Origin: a virus
Lineage: Duplodnaviria > Caudoviricetes
Reading direction: 5' to 3' (one strand)
DNA length: 64,000 bases
IMG/VR virus record: IMGVR_UViG_3300031908_000002
Location: 2,337 to 66,336 of that record
A program made the translations under genes and the position numbers. Shown here piece by piece: positions 27,728 to 36,560 of this stretch. Numbering within the stretch: the first letter of the stretch is position 1; each line of letters starts with the position of its first letter. The notes below the pieces were generated by a model, which was not told where the DNA came from, did not search any database, and saw nothing but the letters and a program-made list of their open reading frames with translations.

Positions 27728-27757
27728 CCCCGGTGGCGGTGTACACTGCCACCGGGG
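27728..27757. repeat. 30-bp near-perfect palindrome centred on GTGTACAC
   Basis: CCCCGGTGGCGGTGTACACTGCCACCGGGG, one G:T mismatch. Confidence 0.8.
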
Positions 27758-27781
27758 ACTACCCCCTACGGAGGAACTAAG

Positions 27782-28153
27782 ATGGCCAAGTTCAAGATCG
27801 AATTACTACCCGGCGCGTCCGAAGGCGACAGGGAAAGGGCGTTCCAGCTCTGCTGTTCGCTGGACGCCCTGCTGCCCGTGCTGGTCCTACGGATGGAGGA
27901 AGAGCTGGGCGTTCTGCTGGGCGTGGACCGGCGCAATCTGCTGGCGCAGGTGCAGACGCTGGGTGCCGAGGAAGTGGCGCTGCGGGCGCTGGCTGCCGTG
28001 CTGACGAACGCCGCCGAACGGATCGGTCCACGGAATGCACGGATCACCTTTGCCCTGCACCGGGAGGACAGTACCGTCGACTCGCGTGGCTGCAAGGCGT
28101 CGGTGGATCGGATGCGCCGACTGCTACACGAAGAGGTAGTCACGGCGGTTTGA
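27782..28153 (+). CDS. Hypothetical protein (123 aa)
   Basis: GGAGG SD. Confidence 0.65.
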   Translation: MAKFKIELLPGASEGDRERAFQLCCSLDALLPVLVLRMEEELGVLLGVDRRNLLAQVQTLGAEEVALRALAAVLTNAAERIGPRNARITFALHREDSTVDSRGCKASVDRMRRLLHEEVVTAV

Positions 28154-28507
28154 TATGCAGAAACAAACTATGTACTGAGACTCCACTTCGTCTACTGTTC
28201 TGATCAGGAAGCAGAATAAGAAACGATGGGGGTGGCAGCCATGGTGTGCAAGGTTGTAAGCAAGCAGCGGAGGTCCGTCGTCGTTGACGAGCACCCGCGT
28301 GAGTACGTGTTCTTCTGCCATCAAGAGGCCGAGTTGCTCAGGTGTTTGTCGGGTTATCGCCGGGTCTACCACCCGGCAGAAAGGGTCCTCGCCACCGACC
28401 TGTTGGAAGCCTTCGATCCGTGCCGCCCACAGCGCACGGTGACAGTGGTTAACGGCAACGGTGACACCGACACCTTGTCCCTTCACACCTTGCACTGAGG
28501 TCTCAGG

Positions 28508-29113
28508 ATGATCGTTGAACAACTGCGTCTGAATGGATTCCACTACCTGCTCGATCTTGAGTGCGTGACCTTCCCGCCAGCCCAGCCACGCCCACACGAA
28601 CAGTGGACGGAGTTGGGCCTGTACCGGGGGCCGGTCAAGGTGCATGGCTGGCTGCTGCATATTCCAGGCATCTGCGAGCCGGAGTTTTTCACCAGACAGG
28701 AACGGGCCATTGCCCGTCACGCCTACCTGACCAGCCTGCTCAAGGCGCGCAGCTATCTGGGCGTGGTGGACGGCAACCTGTACGACTTCCGGTCGGTCCC
28801 GGTCCCTCGGGTAGTGCGGCTGGGCTACGAACACCTGTGTTCCGACATCCGTACCGGGCGTCAGCTCGCCGCGACTCTGCGGGCGATGAACAAGTTGGCG
28901 CTCAAGGAACACGCCTACTTCACCACGGCGACGGACCGGGCGCTGTGCCAATCCTGCGTGCGGCAGGAGATGGTCACGGTGGTCTATGCCATGCGCAACG
29001 AGGCCGACTTTGACTATCTGGTCAACGGCTGGTCGGTGAACTACGAAGAGCCGGGGAACCAGCTCACCTGTGACCACTGCCACCGCGAGATACCGGCGGT
29101 GACGGACAACTAA
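28508..29113 (+). CDS. Hypothetical protein with C-terminal CxxC pairs
   Basis: GAGG SD; CQSC and CDHC. Confidence 0.65.
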   Translation: MIVEQLRLNGFHYLLDLECVTFPPAQPRPHEQWTELGLYRGPVKVHGWLLHIPGICEPEFFTRQERAIARHAYLTSLLKARSYLGVVDGNLYDFRSVPVPRVVRLGYEHLCSDIRTGRQLAATLRAMNKLALKEHAYFTTATDRALCQSCVRQEMVTVVYAMRNEADFDYLVNGWSVNYEEPGNQLTCDHCHREIPAVTDN

Positions 29114-29168
29114 ACGTTTCATCGTTCGCAAAGCTGCTTTGCGAGCCACCTTCAGAGAGGGCAACACC

Positions 29169-30611
29169 ATGAACGATCGTTTCTTTACCTACGGCCCGAA
29201 CTACGGCGCGCTGACCCACTTCCACCAGCTCCCTGCATTGCTGAACAAGCACGGCGTTTCGGCGCTGGCCTTCCAGCAACTGCGCATGGCGGACAAGCCG
29301 GAGCTGACCTACATCCTGCTGCGGGCCATGCTTGAGCAGGACCTGCTGGGCGTACCCAAGGCTATGAAGGGGATGGTGGTCAAGAGGCTGCACCGCTGCC
29401 ACGTCGCGGCGCGGCGTTGGGCCAGCCTCCCCGTGAACCACACCCACGCGCTGCTCAGCGCGGTGGCGGACTTCGACAACCGCAAGGAGAACTCGCAGCG
29501 GGACGCTATGCGCAGGCTGGTCGTTGCGCTGATCGACGAGAACGGCCTGTACGACGAGGACGGGGTAGTGAAGGCGAAGCTGCAAGGCACCTTCTCCTAT
29601 GACACCTATGACCTCTGGCAGGACCGGCTCGACAACTTCTTCACGCTGGACTGCGCCAGTTGCGGGCACAGCGAAATCATCAAGAAGCCGTGGGAGTGGG
29701 CCACCTCCGGCGGAGCGGCGCTGGCGCCGGAAGACGTGCCGGAAATGCTGGAACAGGCGTGTGAATGCGCCGGCTTCGATCCCCTGAGCGGCCCCTATGT
29801 GCGCTGCATCCGCTGTGACTGGACGCAGCGCGCCAAGATAGGCGAGGCCGTCTCCCTGCCTGATGACGAAGGCGACGACATTGACGACCTCGAAGAACAG
29901 TGGACCGATTACGTCGAGCACCTGGGAACGCTGGTCGAAGCGCTGGTCGAGCACGCCAAGCAGCACGGCCTGCCTGCACCCTACCGGCTGAAGGTCATCG
30001 CCAACCGCATCCGCTGGGACGGAGCCACCGGCTACACCGACTGCGAAGTGGACGGCAAGGCGCTGGCGGACAAGCTGAAGGTCGACAGCGACTTCTCTAT
30101 CAGCAGCGGCAAGCTGTGGCTGGAGCCGGACGGGACAGGGATGCTCACCTGCTCGCTCGCGCACCACGACGCCACCGGCTTCATGGAAGTCGTCCCGCAG
30201 TGGCTGTGTGAACTGGCCGACCGCGACACTGACGACGACGCGCTGATCGAGGCCGATCAGGTGCCAGCGTGCAGCACGTGGCTGCCGATGATTGCCAACA
30301 CCCTGCTGTGCGGCAAGGGTATGCCATTCGCGTTCACGTCCAAGTTCGCCTTCAAGATGGTCAGCCGCACCCACTTGATTACCGCTTTGGAGTGGATGCA
30401 GAAGCAACTCGATTGGGATGACGAAGTGCTGGAACTGGAAGGCGTGTGGGCGGTGCAGATCGCCGGCAACTTGCTGATGAAACAGATGTGCTACTTGATC
30501 CGCACCACGGTTAGCGACGTTGAAGGGTATGCACTGGCACAAACAGCGCAGCAACTAAGGGCAGTGATCGACACGTTCTTGGTCGAGAAACAAAACTTCC
30601 CCGAACAATAA
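29169..30611 (+). CDS. Large hypothetical protein (480 aa) with Cys pairs and acidic patch
   Basis: CCTTCA leader and palindrome upstream; CASC, CEC, CIRC; DDEGDDIDDLEE. Confidence 0.7.
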   Translation: MNDRFFTYGPNYGALTHFHQLPALLNKHGVSALAFQQLRMADKPELTYILLRAMLEQDLLGVPKAMKGMVVKRLHRCHVAARRWASLPVNHTHALLSAVADFDNRKENSQRDAMRRLVVALIDENGLYDEDGVVKAKLQGTFSYDTYDLWQDRLDNFFTLDCASCGHSEIIKKPWEWATSGGAALAPEDVPEMLEQACECAGFDPLSGPYVRCIRCDWTQRAKIGEAVSLPDDEGDDIDDLEEQWTDYVEHLGTLVEALVEHAKQHGLPAPYRLKVIANRIRWDGATGYTDCEVDGKALADKLKVDSDFSISSGKLWLEPDGTGMLTCSLAHHDATGFMEVVPQWLCELADRDTDDDALIEADQVPACSTWLPMIANTLLCGKGMPFAFTSKFAFKMVSRTHLITALEWMQKQLDWDDEVLELEGVWAVQIAGNLLMKQMCYLIRTTVSDVEGYALAQTAQQLRAVIDTFLVEKQNFPEQ

Positions 30612-30642
30612 TCACAAAGAACTTTGCGAAAGGAATACCCCG

Positions 30643-31161
30643 GTGGCTATCAAGTTGAAGTACGCACATGAAGACCGGCAGAACGAATGGGCTGACACGA
30701 TCAAGGAAGTGATCCGTGACCCCAAACTTATCGACAAGATGGGTAGCGCCGACCTGAAGCGAATCAGCAAGGCGCTGACCCTGACCATCGTGCGGGTAGG
30801 GGAGCGGGCTGCCCGTGCCGAGACTGCCTTGGAGCAGGGCGGCATGGTCAGCGACGAAGGGCTCAGGGAGGCCTTCAACTCGGTAACGGCTCGCAACATT
30901 GAGCTGACAGGTGGCCGTCCGCCGGAGTGGTCCTACCTGTACCGTGACAACGTTGACGTCCTGCACCACTTCATCGAGTTCGAGATGAAGACGACGCAGA
31001 AGGGCGTGTCGGTGTTCGGCGTGTTGGAGGACTGGGAGGCCAAACCGCTGTACGACTTCGACTTCGCAGACCTGGGGGTATCAGGGGCGAACCGGTCGGC
31101 GCACCTGATGACGACCCATCTGCGCCAGTGCTTTGCGCCACGGGAAGGGCAAAATGAGTAG
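30643..31161 (+). CDS. Hypothetical protein (172 aa)
   Basis: AAGGA SD, variant palindrome upstream. Confidence 0.65.
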   Translation: MAIKLKYAHEDRQNEWADTIKEVIRDPKLIDKMGSADLKRISKALTLTIVRVGERAARAETALEQGGMVSDEGLREAFNSVTARNIELTGGRPPEWSYLYRDNVDVLHHFIEFEMKTTQKGVSVFGVLEDWEAKPLYDFDFADLGVSGANRSAHLMTTHLRQCFAPREGQNE

Positions 31162-31171
31162 ATTATAGGGG

Positions 31172-31200
31172 TTGACAACAGTATCCATTTAGTGTACAAT
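31172..31200 (+). promoter_or_regulatory. Sigma70-type promoter
   Basis: TTGACA-N17-TACAAT. Confidence 0.8.
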
Positions 31201-31255
31201 GGACCCACTAGCAAAAGTACGGTTCCCATACAGTTGGGGACCAGAGGAAACAGCC

Positions 31256-31480
31256 ATGCTGAAGACAGAATTGGTGGACCGCATCGCGGCCAAGTCGGGC
31301 GTAGACCGACGATCCGCCGAGCGCATGCTGGAGGCAATGATCAGCTCCATCGCAGACGCTCTCTGGGAAGACGACCGCCTGCGAATCCCCGGCTTGGGCA
31401 CTTTTTACGCTCGCCTCAACTTTGAAGGCAAGCGCCGTATCAATTTCAATTCTGACAAACGACTGAGGGAAAGGGATTAA
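31256..31480 (+). CDS. HU/IHF-like histone-like protein with shortened beta-arm
   Basis: MLKTELVDRIA...AERMLEA....I..AL....RLRIPGLGTF...INF...KRLRE. Confidence 0.75.
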   Translation: MLKTELVDRIAAKSGVDRRSAERMLEAMISSIADALWEDDRLRIPGLGTFYARLNFEGKRRINFNSDKRLRERD

Positions 31481-31482
31481 AA

Positions 31483-31893
31483 ATGGGGGCACTAGAAGAG
31501 CAAGTTGGTGGTAAGCATTACAAGGGTATGTTGCTTCAACCGATGGAGTTCTCTGTGAAAAATGGCTGGGATGCGGCTGCGCATACCGCCTTGAAATATC
31601 TGTCACGCTTTAAGAAAAAGAACGGCTACCAAGATTTGGAGAAGGCTCAGCACTGCCTGAAACTTCGAGCCGAACTACTGCCGTTCGATAACTGGCAACG
31701 TCGTCGGAGCACGCTGCCAATCAGCATGGCGCACTACGTCGAGAAGAATAAATTCGACGGGTTACATGCGGCAGCGTTGTTCAAGTTGGAGCTGTATGTA
31801 CTGAACAATCACGAGTTGACGTACCGCGACGTTATGCAGGCCGTCGAGGATTTGATTGAGCTCGAATATCCATTGGGGGGAGGTTGGCCATGA
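31483..31893 (+). CDS. DUF3310 (SaV-like) protein
   Basis: QVGGKHY...QPMEF...LKYLSR..KKNG.QDLEKA. Confidence 0.75.
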   Translation: MGALEEQVGGKHYKGMLLQPMEFSVKNGWDAAAHTALKYLSRFKKKNGYQDLEKAQHCLKLRAELLPFDNWQRRRSTLPISMAHYVEKNKFDGLHAAALFKLELYVLNNHELTYRDVMQAVEDLIELEYPLGGGWP

Positions 31894-32096
31894 GTGATGG
31901 AGACATTTACACCTACGTCGGCGTGCCCGACAGCCGTTACGAACTGCTGGGCGCCTGCATCAGTGCGGGCACCTACCGTGGCCTGACCACGCTCGTGTAC
32001 CGCGACCTGAAAACCGGCCAGTTGTACAACCGACTGCCTGCGGACTTTGTTGACCGCATGGTGAAAGTGGAGTCCGAGCAATGCGCCGATTCCTAA
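31890..32096 (+). CDS. DUF1653-like small protein
   Basis: Y.Y...RYELLG...LVYRDL..GQLYNR...DF. Confidence 0.45.
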   Translation: MSDGDIYTYVGVPDSRYELLGACISAGTYRGLTTLVYRDLKTGQLYNRLPADFVDRMVKVESEQCADS

Positions 32097-32377
32097 ACGT
32101 GCTCAGGGACAGCCTCTTCGGCTGGCGCTTCTGGATGGGCACGCTGGCGACCTTCTGCCTGCACCTGATGCTGCTGGAAGTGGCCGGCTTCAACATCTGG
32201 GTGGTGCTGTTCATCAACATGATCGTTGGCTTCTGGCTGGGTGCATTGGCAGGGACTGCCGACCACGAAGAGCGCTACGAGCGGTTCCAGGCAGCACGGG
32301 CCGTTTGGGCAAAACGCTTTGAAGAGGCCTATCGCAAGATGGGCTACCGGATCATGGAGAAGAAAGATGTCATTTAA
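32081..32377 (+). CDS. Hypothetical membrane protein (98 aa)
   Basis: Two hydrophobic helices. Confidence 0.6.
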   Translation: MRRFLNVLRDSLFGWRFWMGTLATFCLHLMLLEVAGFNIWVVLFINMIVGFWLGALAGTADHEERYERFQAARAVWAKRFEEAYRKMGYRIMEKKDVI

Positions 32378-32738
32378 GGTTCCTGAAAGGTGCCGGGTCC
32401 GTGAAGGGCTGTTCGGCTCCGATGAAAGCTACGGCAACAACGGCATGTTCCTCGTCGTCTACCTCGGCGTGGAATGGAAAATCATGGCCGGTGACGGCGA
32501 CGGCTGGGAACACGTCAGCGTGAGCAACCCTGACGTGATGCCGAGCTGGCAGGTGATGAACCGGATCAAAGACCTGTGCTGGGGGCCGGAGGATTGCGTG
32601 ATGCAGCTCCATCCTCCGCACTCCGACTACGTGTCGTTCCACCCGAACTGCCTGCACCTGTGGCGCCCGATTGGCGGGGGCCTACCACGCCCACCGACCT
32701 ACATGGTCGGGCCTGTCACGGGCAAGGGCGAGGCATGA
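32367..32738 (+). CDS. Conserved-looking phage hypothetical protein
   Basis: GWEHVSVS...PSW..M..IKDL.W..ED.VMQ.HPP..YV..HP.CLHLWRP. Confidence 0.65.
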   Translation: MSFKVPERCRVREGLFGSDESYGNNGMFLVVYLGVEWKIMAGDGDGWEHVSVSNPDVMPSWQVMNRIKDLCWGPEDCVMQLHPPHSDYVSFHPNCLHLWRPIGGGLPRPPTYMVGPVTGKGEA

Positions 32739-32956
32739 ACTACGCTATCGAACGGCGCATGCACCTGATCGACTTCCTGCTGGCGTACTACGGCTACGTC
32801 CAACGGGACGCGCTGATGAACTACAGCGGGATCAGTCAGGCGCAGGCCAGCCTCGACCTGACCATGTACCGGGAAATGGCTGACGGCAACATGACCTACA
32901 ACGCCAGCGCCAAGCGCTGGGAACGTAGCGATACGTTTGCGCGGTTGTACGAATAA
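32735..32956 (+). CDS. Stand-alone BrxR/CapW-like winged HTH protein, copy 1
   Basis: YAIERRMHLIDFLLAYYGYVQRDALMNYSGISQAQASLDLTMYREMADGNMTYNASAKRW. Confidence 0.65.
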   Translation: MNYAIERRMHLIDFLLAYYGYVQRDALMNYSGISQAQASLDLTMYREMADGNMTYNASAKRWERSDTFARLYE

Positions 32957-32972
32957 CTGGAAGGAGTCAGGT

Positions 32973-33230
32973 ATGTCCTGCATCAAAAACGGCGCCCGCG
33001 TGTATCTGGAGAACTATGGTTCCAGTGCCCCGGCTGACCTGTTCGCCGTAGGCAATTGCATCGTGGTGCGTTTCCCGCGAGCCTTCGACGAGTGCTGTGA
33101 ATTTGAGAGCCCGTCTACACCGATTACGCACGTCGTCGAAGTGTTCGACGGCAGCGATTACTACTGGCGTAAAGACCTCGGGGTGCTGGTTATTCCCCGC
33201 CAACTGATCAAGGAGGCCGACCGTGGCTGA
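32973..33230 (+). CDS. Hypothetical protein
   Basis: AAGGAG SD. Confidence 0.65.
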   Translation: MSCIKNGARVYLENYGSSAPADLFAVGNCIVVRFPRAFDECCEFESPSTPITHVVEVFDGSDYYWRKDLGVLVIPRQLIKEADRG

Positions 33231-33675
33231 TTGCATTTCTTTCTACGACGAACTGCGCTTCGACACGCGCAACCCTGAGTTCACCAGCGTCTCCGTGTTC
33301 ATCCGCTGTGAAGGCGACTGTCCGTTCTTCATGCACGGTTGGCATCGCAAAGACTTTGCGAAGAGCATCCCCACTCAGGAGATTTTCAACCTGATCTGGA
33401 CCGGGCAGGAATCCCCGATGGAATGGGACCGGGTGGCGCCAGCCCCTGTTCTGGCCCCGGTGATCTTCAACCCGTGGGACCGCATCCCGGTGCCCGTGGA
33501 ACAACTGGTGTCGTGGCGCGTGGCCCTGAATAAAGGTTGCGATCAGGCCATGGGCGACGAACTGGCCGAGCAGATCAACGGCCACCTGACCAGCGTGCCG
33601 CAGTGGGACAAGTGCTGCCCGACCTGTCAGGCCCACGACATGATGATGCAAGTGCAGAGGAACCCGCCGCAATGA
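33223..33675 (+). CDS. Hypothetical protein, intragenic palindrome
   Basis: AAGGAGG SD; palindrome encodes RKDFAK. Confidence 0.65.
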   Translation: MADCISFYDELRFDTRNPEFTSVSVFIRCEGDCPFFMHGWHRKDFAKSIPTQEIFNLIWTGQESPMEWDRVAPAPVLAPVIFNPWDRIPVPVEQLVSWRVALNKGCDQAMGDELAEQINGHLTSVPQWDKCCPTCQAHDMMMQVQRNPPQ

Positions 33676-33902
33676 AAGCGTGGACCGACTTCTCGTTTGT
33701 CGAACTCGGGGACAAGGCAGGGGCGCTGGCGCCTGTGCGCGATTGCGTGGTGCTCAGCTATGACCGCAAAAAGTTCTGCCGGATTTTGATCGAAGACGTC
33801 TTCACTGCGGTCAAGGCCAGCTACCTGTACAGCCAGCCGGGGCGCAGCCGGGAAGTTCCGCACCTGACCCATGAGCAACTGCTGGAGCTGCCGGAGAGAT
33901 GA
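33672..33902 (+). CDS. Hypothetical protein
   Basis: ATGA overlap. Confidence 0.6.
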   Translation: MKAWTDFSFVELGDKAGALAPVRDCVVLSYDRKKFCRILIEDVFTAVKASYLYSQPGRSREVPHLTHEQLLELPER

Positions 33903-34120
33903 GGTACGCCGTTGAGCAACGCCTGCGCCTGATCGACTTCCTGCTGCTGCACTACGGCAGCGTGGGGCCTGACCAGTTATTGGACTACTACGGCATTGCC
34001 CCTGCCACGGCCACTCGCGATTTCTCGCTTTACCGTCAGCAGTTTCCTGGGAATGCTGTGTTCGATACCCACTCCAAACTCTGGATAAAGGGGGTGAACT
34101 TCAAACGCGGTTACAGCTAA
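33899..34120 (+). CDS. Stand-alone BrxR/CapW-like winged HTH protein, copy 2
   Basis: YAVEQRLRLIDFLLLHYGSV....LLDYYGIAPATATRDFSLYRQQFPGNAVFDTHSKLW. Confidence 0.7.
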   Translation: MRYAVEQRLRLIDFLLLHYGSVGPDQLLDYYGIAPATATRDFSLYRQQFPGNAVFDTHSKLWIKGVNFKRGYS

Positions 34121-34132
34121 GAAGGGGGCGCC

Positions 34133-34345
34133 ATGGCAGAACACCACTGCGCAAATTGCGGGAACCCGGATGTAGTACGACTTGCAACCTGCCATATGCA
34201 GGAGATGAATGAGGTGCAACCGGGCGATCCGGTGGGCTATGTCCACTGTCCCGATTGCCATCATGAAACGCCTTGGCACTTGAGCCACAGGCAAAACCAC
34301 CTGATCTGTAGCAACCGCGCAGACAGGAAAACAAAACCGGAATAA
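34133..34345 (+). CDS. Small Zn-finger protein
   Basis: CANC...CPDC. Confidence 0.55.
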   Translation: MAEHHCANCGNPDVVRLATCHMQEMNEVQPGDPVGYVHCPDCHHETPWHLSHRQNHLICSNRADRKTKPE

Positions 34346-34374
34346 CTCCGGCCATTAGCACTAGGGGAATACAT

Positions 34375-34821
34375 ATGTTGGGTATGGGGAAATTGTTCGG
34401 TCGTAAAGCACGTCAAGCCACTCAAGCTGTCGTGAAGTTCGAGAACCGCGACCTTGCACAGGCCGCGATCTACGGCTGCTACTGGGTGGCAAGTGCTGAC
34501 GGGGAGATCGGAACGAAGGAAATGGACAAGACCGACCGCCTGCTGCGCAACGCGCCGCAACTGTCGGGCTTTGGGGCTGAGCTGGGCCTGATCATTGATC
34601 GCGCCAAGGCTGACTATCTGGAAGGTGGTGCTCGCATCATCCGTATGAACGCGAAGAAAGAGCTGGGGGACTTGGCGCACGACCCGGAAAACGCCGGCAT
34701 CGTCCTGAACTTCATGCTGACCGTCGCTGAGGCGGACGGCGAGATTCAGGTTCCGGCTGAGATGGAAGTTCTGGAACAGGCGGCTGGCTGCCTGAACCTG
34801 CGTCTGAAGGACTTCCTGTGA
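34375..34821 (+). CDS. terB: TerB-family (tellurite-resistance-like) protein
   Basis: VASADGEI...E...VAEADGEI...EMEVLEQ.A..L.L. Confidence 0.8.
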   Translation: MLGMGKLFGRKARQATQAVVKFENRDLAQAAIYGCYWVASADGEIGTKEMDKTDRLLRNAPQLSGFGAELGLIIDRAKADYLEGGARIIRMNAKKELGDLAHDPENAGIVLNFMLTVAEADGEIQVPAEMEVLEQAAGCLNLRLKDFL

Positions 34822-35540
34822 TGGCCTCCGCAACACGCATGGACGCCATGCTTCGCGGACAATCAGCGCTGGCACAGAAAGTTTTCAGTGCCATGTCGGA
34901 GGACAAGTTGCAGGACCTCCCGATGATCAAGCGCTATCTGGAAAAGAACGAGTTGGTCGGCACCATCGAGCAACCCAAGCTGCTTGCATGCCTGGGAGCT
35001 TTGAAGGACGCACGCCTGATCACTGAGCCGAAAGCCGGTCAGTACAAGCGTCGTAGCCGTCCGGGTCCGAAGCGTACCCTTCGCCCTGCCGAACCGCAGG
35101 ATCAGGGGATGCTCGTGCCGCAGCCGGTCTTGGTTGCAGCGGTGGTGATTCACCCTGTCGAGGAACCGGAACCGGTTGAACCTGTGATCGAGGCTCCGGC
35201 CCCGGCTCAGGTCGAGGCAGAGGCCACGGCGGTGGTCACGGCGGTAGTCACCCCTGTGGCTGACGCCCCGGTCGTGGAAGTGGTCGAAGCTCCGGCTCCG
35301 GTCGTGGTCAAGGCTGTGATCGAGGCTCCGGCCCCGGTGGCGGCAGAGGCTCCGGCTCACAACAAGTCGTTGGACGTGTTGAGTGAACTGGCCGCTGAGG
35401 TCGTGACGCTGGGCGAAGAGATGAACGCTCGCCTGAAGTCCATCGCTGCCCGCATAGAGGAAGCCGCGCTGTTGCGTGAAGACCACGCTGAGCAGGCCGA
35501 GAAGCTGAAGAAGTTGCAAGACTTCGTGAGGTCTCTGTAA
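34818..35540 (+). CDS. Hypothetical protein with wHTH-like N-terminus, Pro/Ala/Val/Glu linker and coiled coil
   Basis: Exact 24-bp internal repeat at 35182 and 35314 (VIEAPAP). Confidence 0.6.
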   Translation: MMASATRMDAMLRGQSALAQKVFSAMSEDKLQDLPMIKRYLEKNELVGTIEQPKLLACLGALKDARLITEPKAGQYKRRSRPGPKRTLRPAEPQDQGMLVPQPVLVAAVVIHPVEEPEPVEPVIEAPAPAQVEAEATAVVTAVVTPVADAPVVEVVEAPAPVVVKAVIEAPAPVAAEAPAHNKSLDVLSELAAEVVTLGEEMNARLKSIAARIEEAALLREDHAEQAEKLKKLQDFVRSL

Positions 35541-35701
35541 TGAAAGGCTGGCTCGATAAGTTTCGCCTTTGGGCGGCTTTCGGGCTGGCCGGTGCAGTCG
35601 TGCTGGTCGATTCGACCAGCCGTCTGCTTTCCATGTGCGCCGACCTTGTGCTGGTCGCCGCGCTCATGGCGGTCATGCTCATGTTCAAATCGAAAGACTG
35701 A
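35540..35701 (+). CDS. 53-aa membrane protein (not in ORF track)
   Basis: TAATG overlap; MKGWLDKFRLWAAFGLAGAVVLVDSTSRLLSMCADLVLVAALMAVMLMFKSKD. Confidence 0.6.
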   Translation: MKGWLDKFRLWAAFGLAGAVVLVDSTSRLLSMCADLVLVAALMAVMLMFKSKD

Positions 35702-35711
35702 GGGGAACACA

Positions 35712-36086
35712 GTGATCAATCTGCGACAGCAACAGGTGACCGTTAAGCGTGAGAAGTTGCTTGAGGCACTGAGGAATGGCAAGGAAGCGCACGACGCCGA
35801 ATACGCTCAGGCGCTGGACGACTACAAGGCAGCGGTGACTCGCTTCCTGACCGACGCGCTGGCACGCTCCCTCAAGGGTGACTTCTCCAACGTCATCCTG
35901 CGCCTGCCAAAGCCTGAATACTTCGGCAAGGAATACACCAACGTGATCGACATGGTGGAGATGTCCATCGACGAAACATTCACCATCGACGGGGATTCCT
36001 TCAGGGCGTACTTCAGGGGTGAATGGTCGTGGCGTAGTACCTTTGAAGCAGCCTCCGGTACGCTCAAGAGCTACTTGGAGTCCTGA
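35712..36086 (+). CDS. Hypothetical protein
   Basis: GAGG SD, GTG start. Confidence 0.65.
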   Translation: MINLRQQQVTVKREKLLEALRNGKEAHDAEYAQALDDYKAAVTRFLTDALARSLKGDFSNVILRLPKPEYFGKEYTNVIDMVEMSIDETFTIDGDSFRAYFRGEWSWRSTFEAASGTLKSYLES

Positions 36087-36237
36087 TGTGCCTGTATGAC
36101 ACGTCACCAGATAATTGGGACCATCTGCTCGACATTGGCTTTTTGGCTATTGTCGTTGCAATGGCGCTGCTGCTTGAGAAGCGCCATAAACGCCCCTGAT
36201 CTCGCAAAGTCCTTTGCGAACAACCGAGGAAACATAG

Positions 36238-36501
36238 ATGACAAACAAGTCCAACCGTCCCGCTTTCAACCAAGCCGCCGTGGTGGCGGTCCCTGAGACC
36301 GTCGAAACGGTTGCTGCTGAAGCCGCCGCTGAAGCAAACGCCGAGGCAGTAGCAGAAGCCACCGCGCCGGCTGCTCCGCTCAACATGGGTGCGCCGCTGG
36401 CTGCCATCCTCAAGTCTGCCGTGAATGACATGCACCACTACGGGGTCATCACGGACGCCGAGGCCGTCTCCCTCAAGGAACGGATCGAGGCCAAGAGCTA
36501 A
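36238..36501 (+). CDS. Ala/Glu-rich hypothetical protein
   Basis: GAGGA SD, palindrome upstream. Confidence 0.7.
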   Translation: MTNKSNRPAFNQAAVVAVPETVETVAAEAAAEANAEAVAEATAPAAPLNMGAPLAAILKSAVNDMHHYGVITDAEAVSLKERIEAKS

Positions 36502-36505
36502 CACC

Positions 36506-36529
36506 CAACCCCGGCCTCCGCCGGGGTTG
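36506..36529 (+). terminator. Hairpin after 36501 stop
   Basis: CAACCCCGGC-CTCC-GCCGGGGTTG; weak U-tract. Confidence 0.5.
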
Positions 36530-36560
36530 TTGCATCTGAACCTTCATCGAGGAAATCAAC

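Noticed and set aside
28226-28498. 90-aa ORF in gap before 28508
   Set aside because: Weak SD, lower GC and atypical composition; may be regulatory DNA, not called
36096-36296. 66-aa ORF spanning palindrome at 36202
   Set aside because: No SD and overlaps the well-supported 36238 gene; likely intergenic
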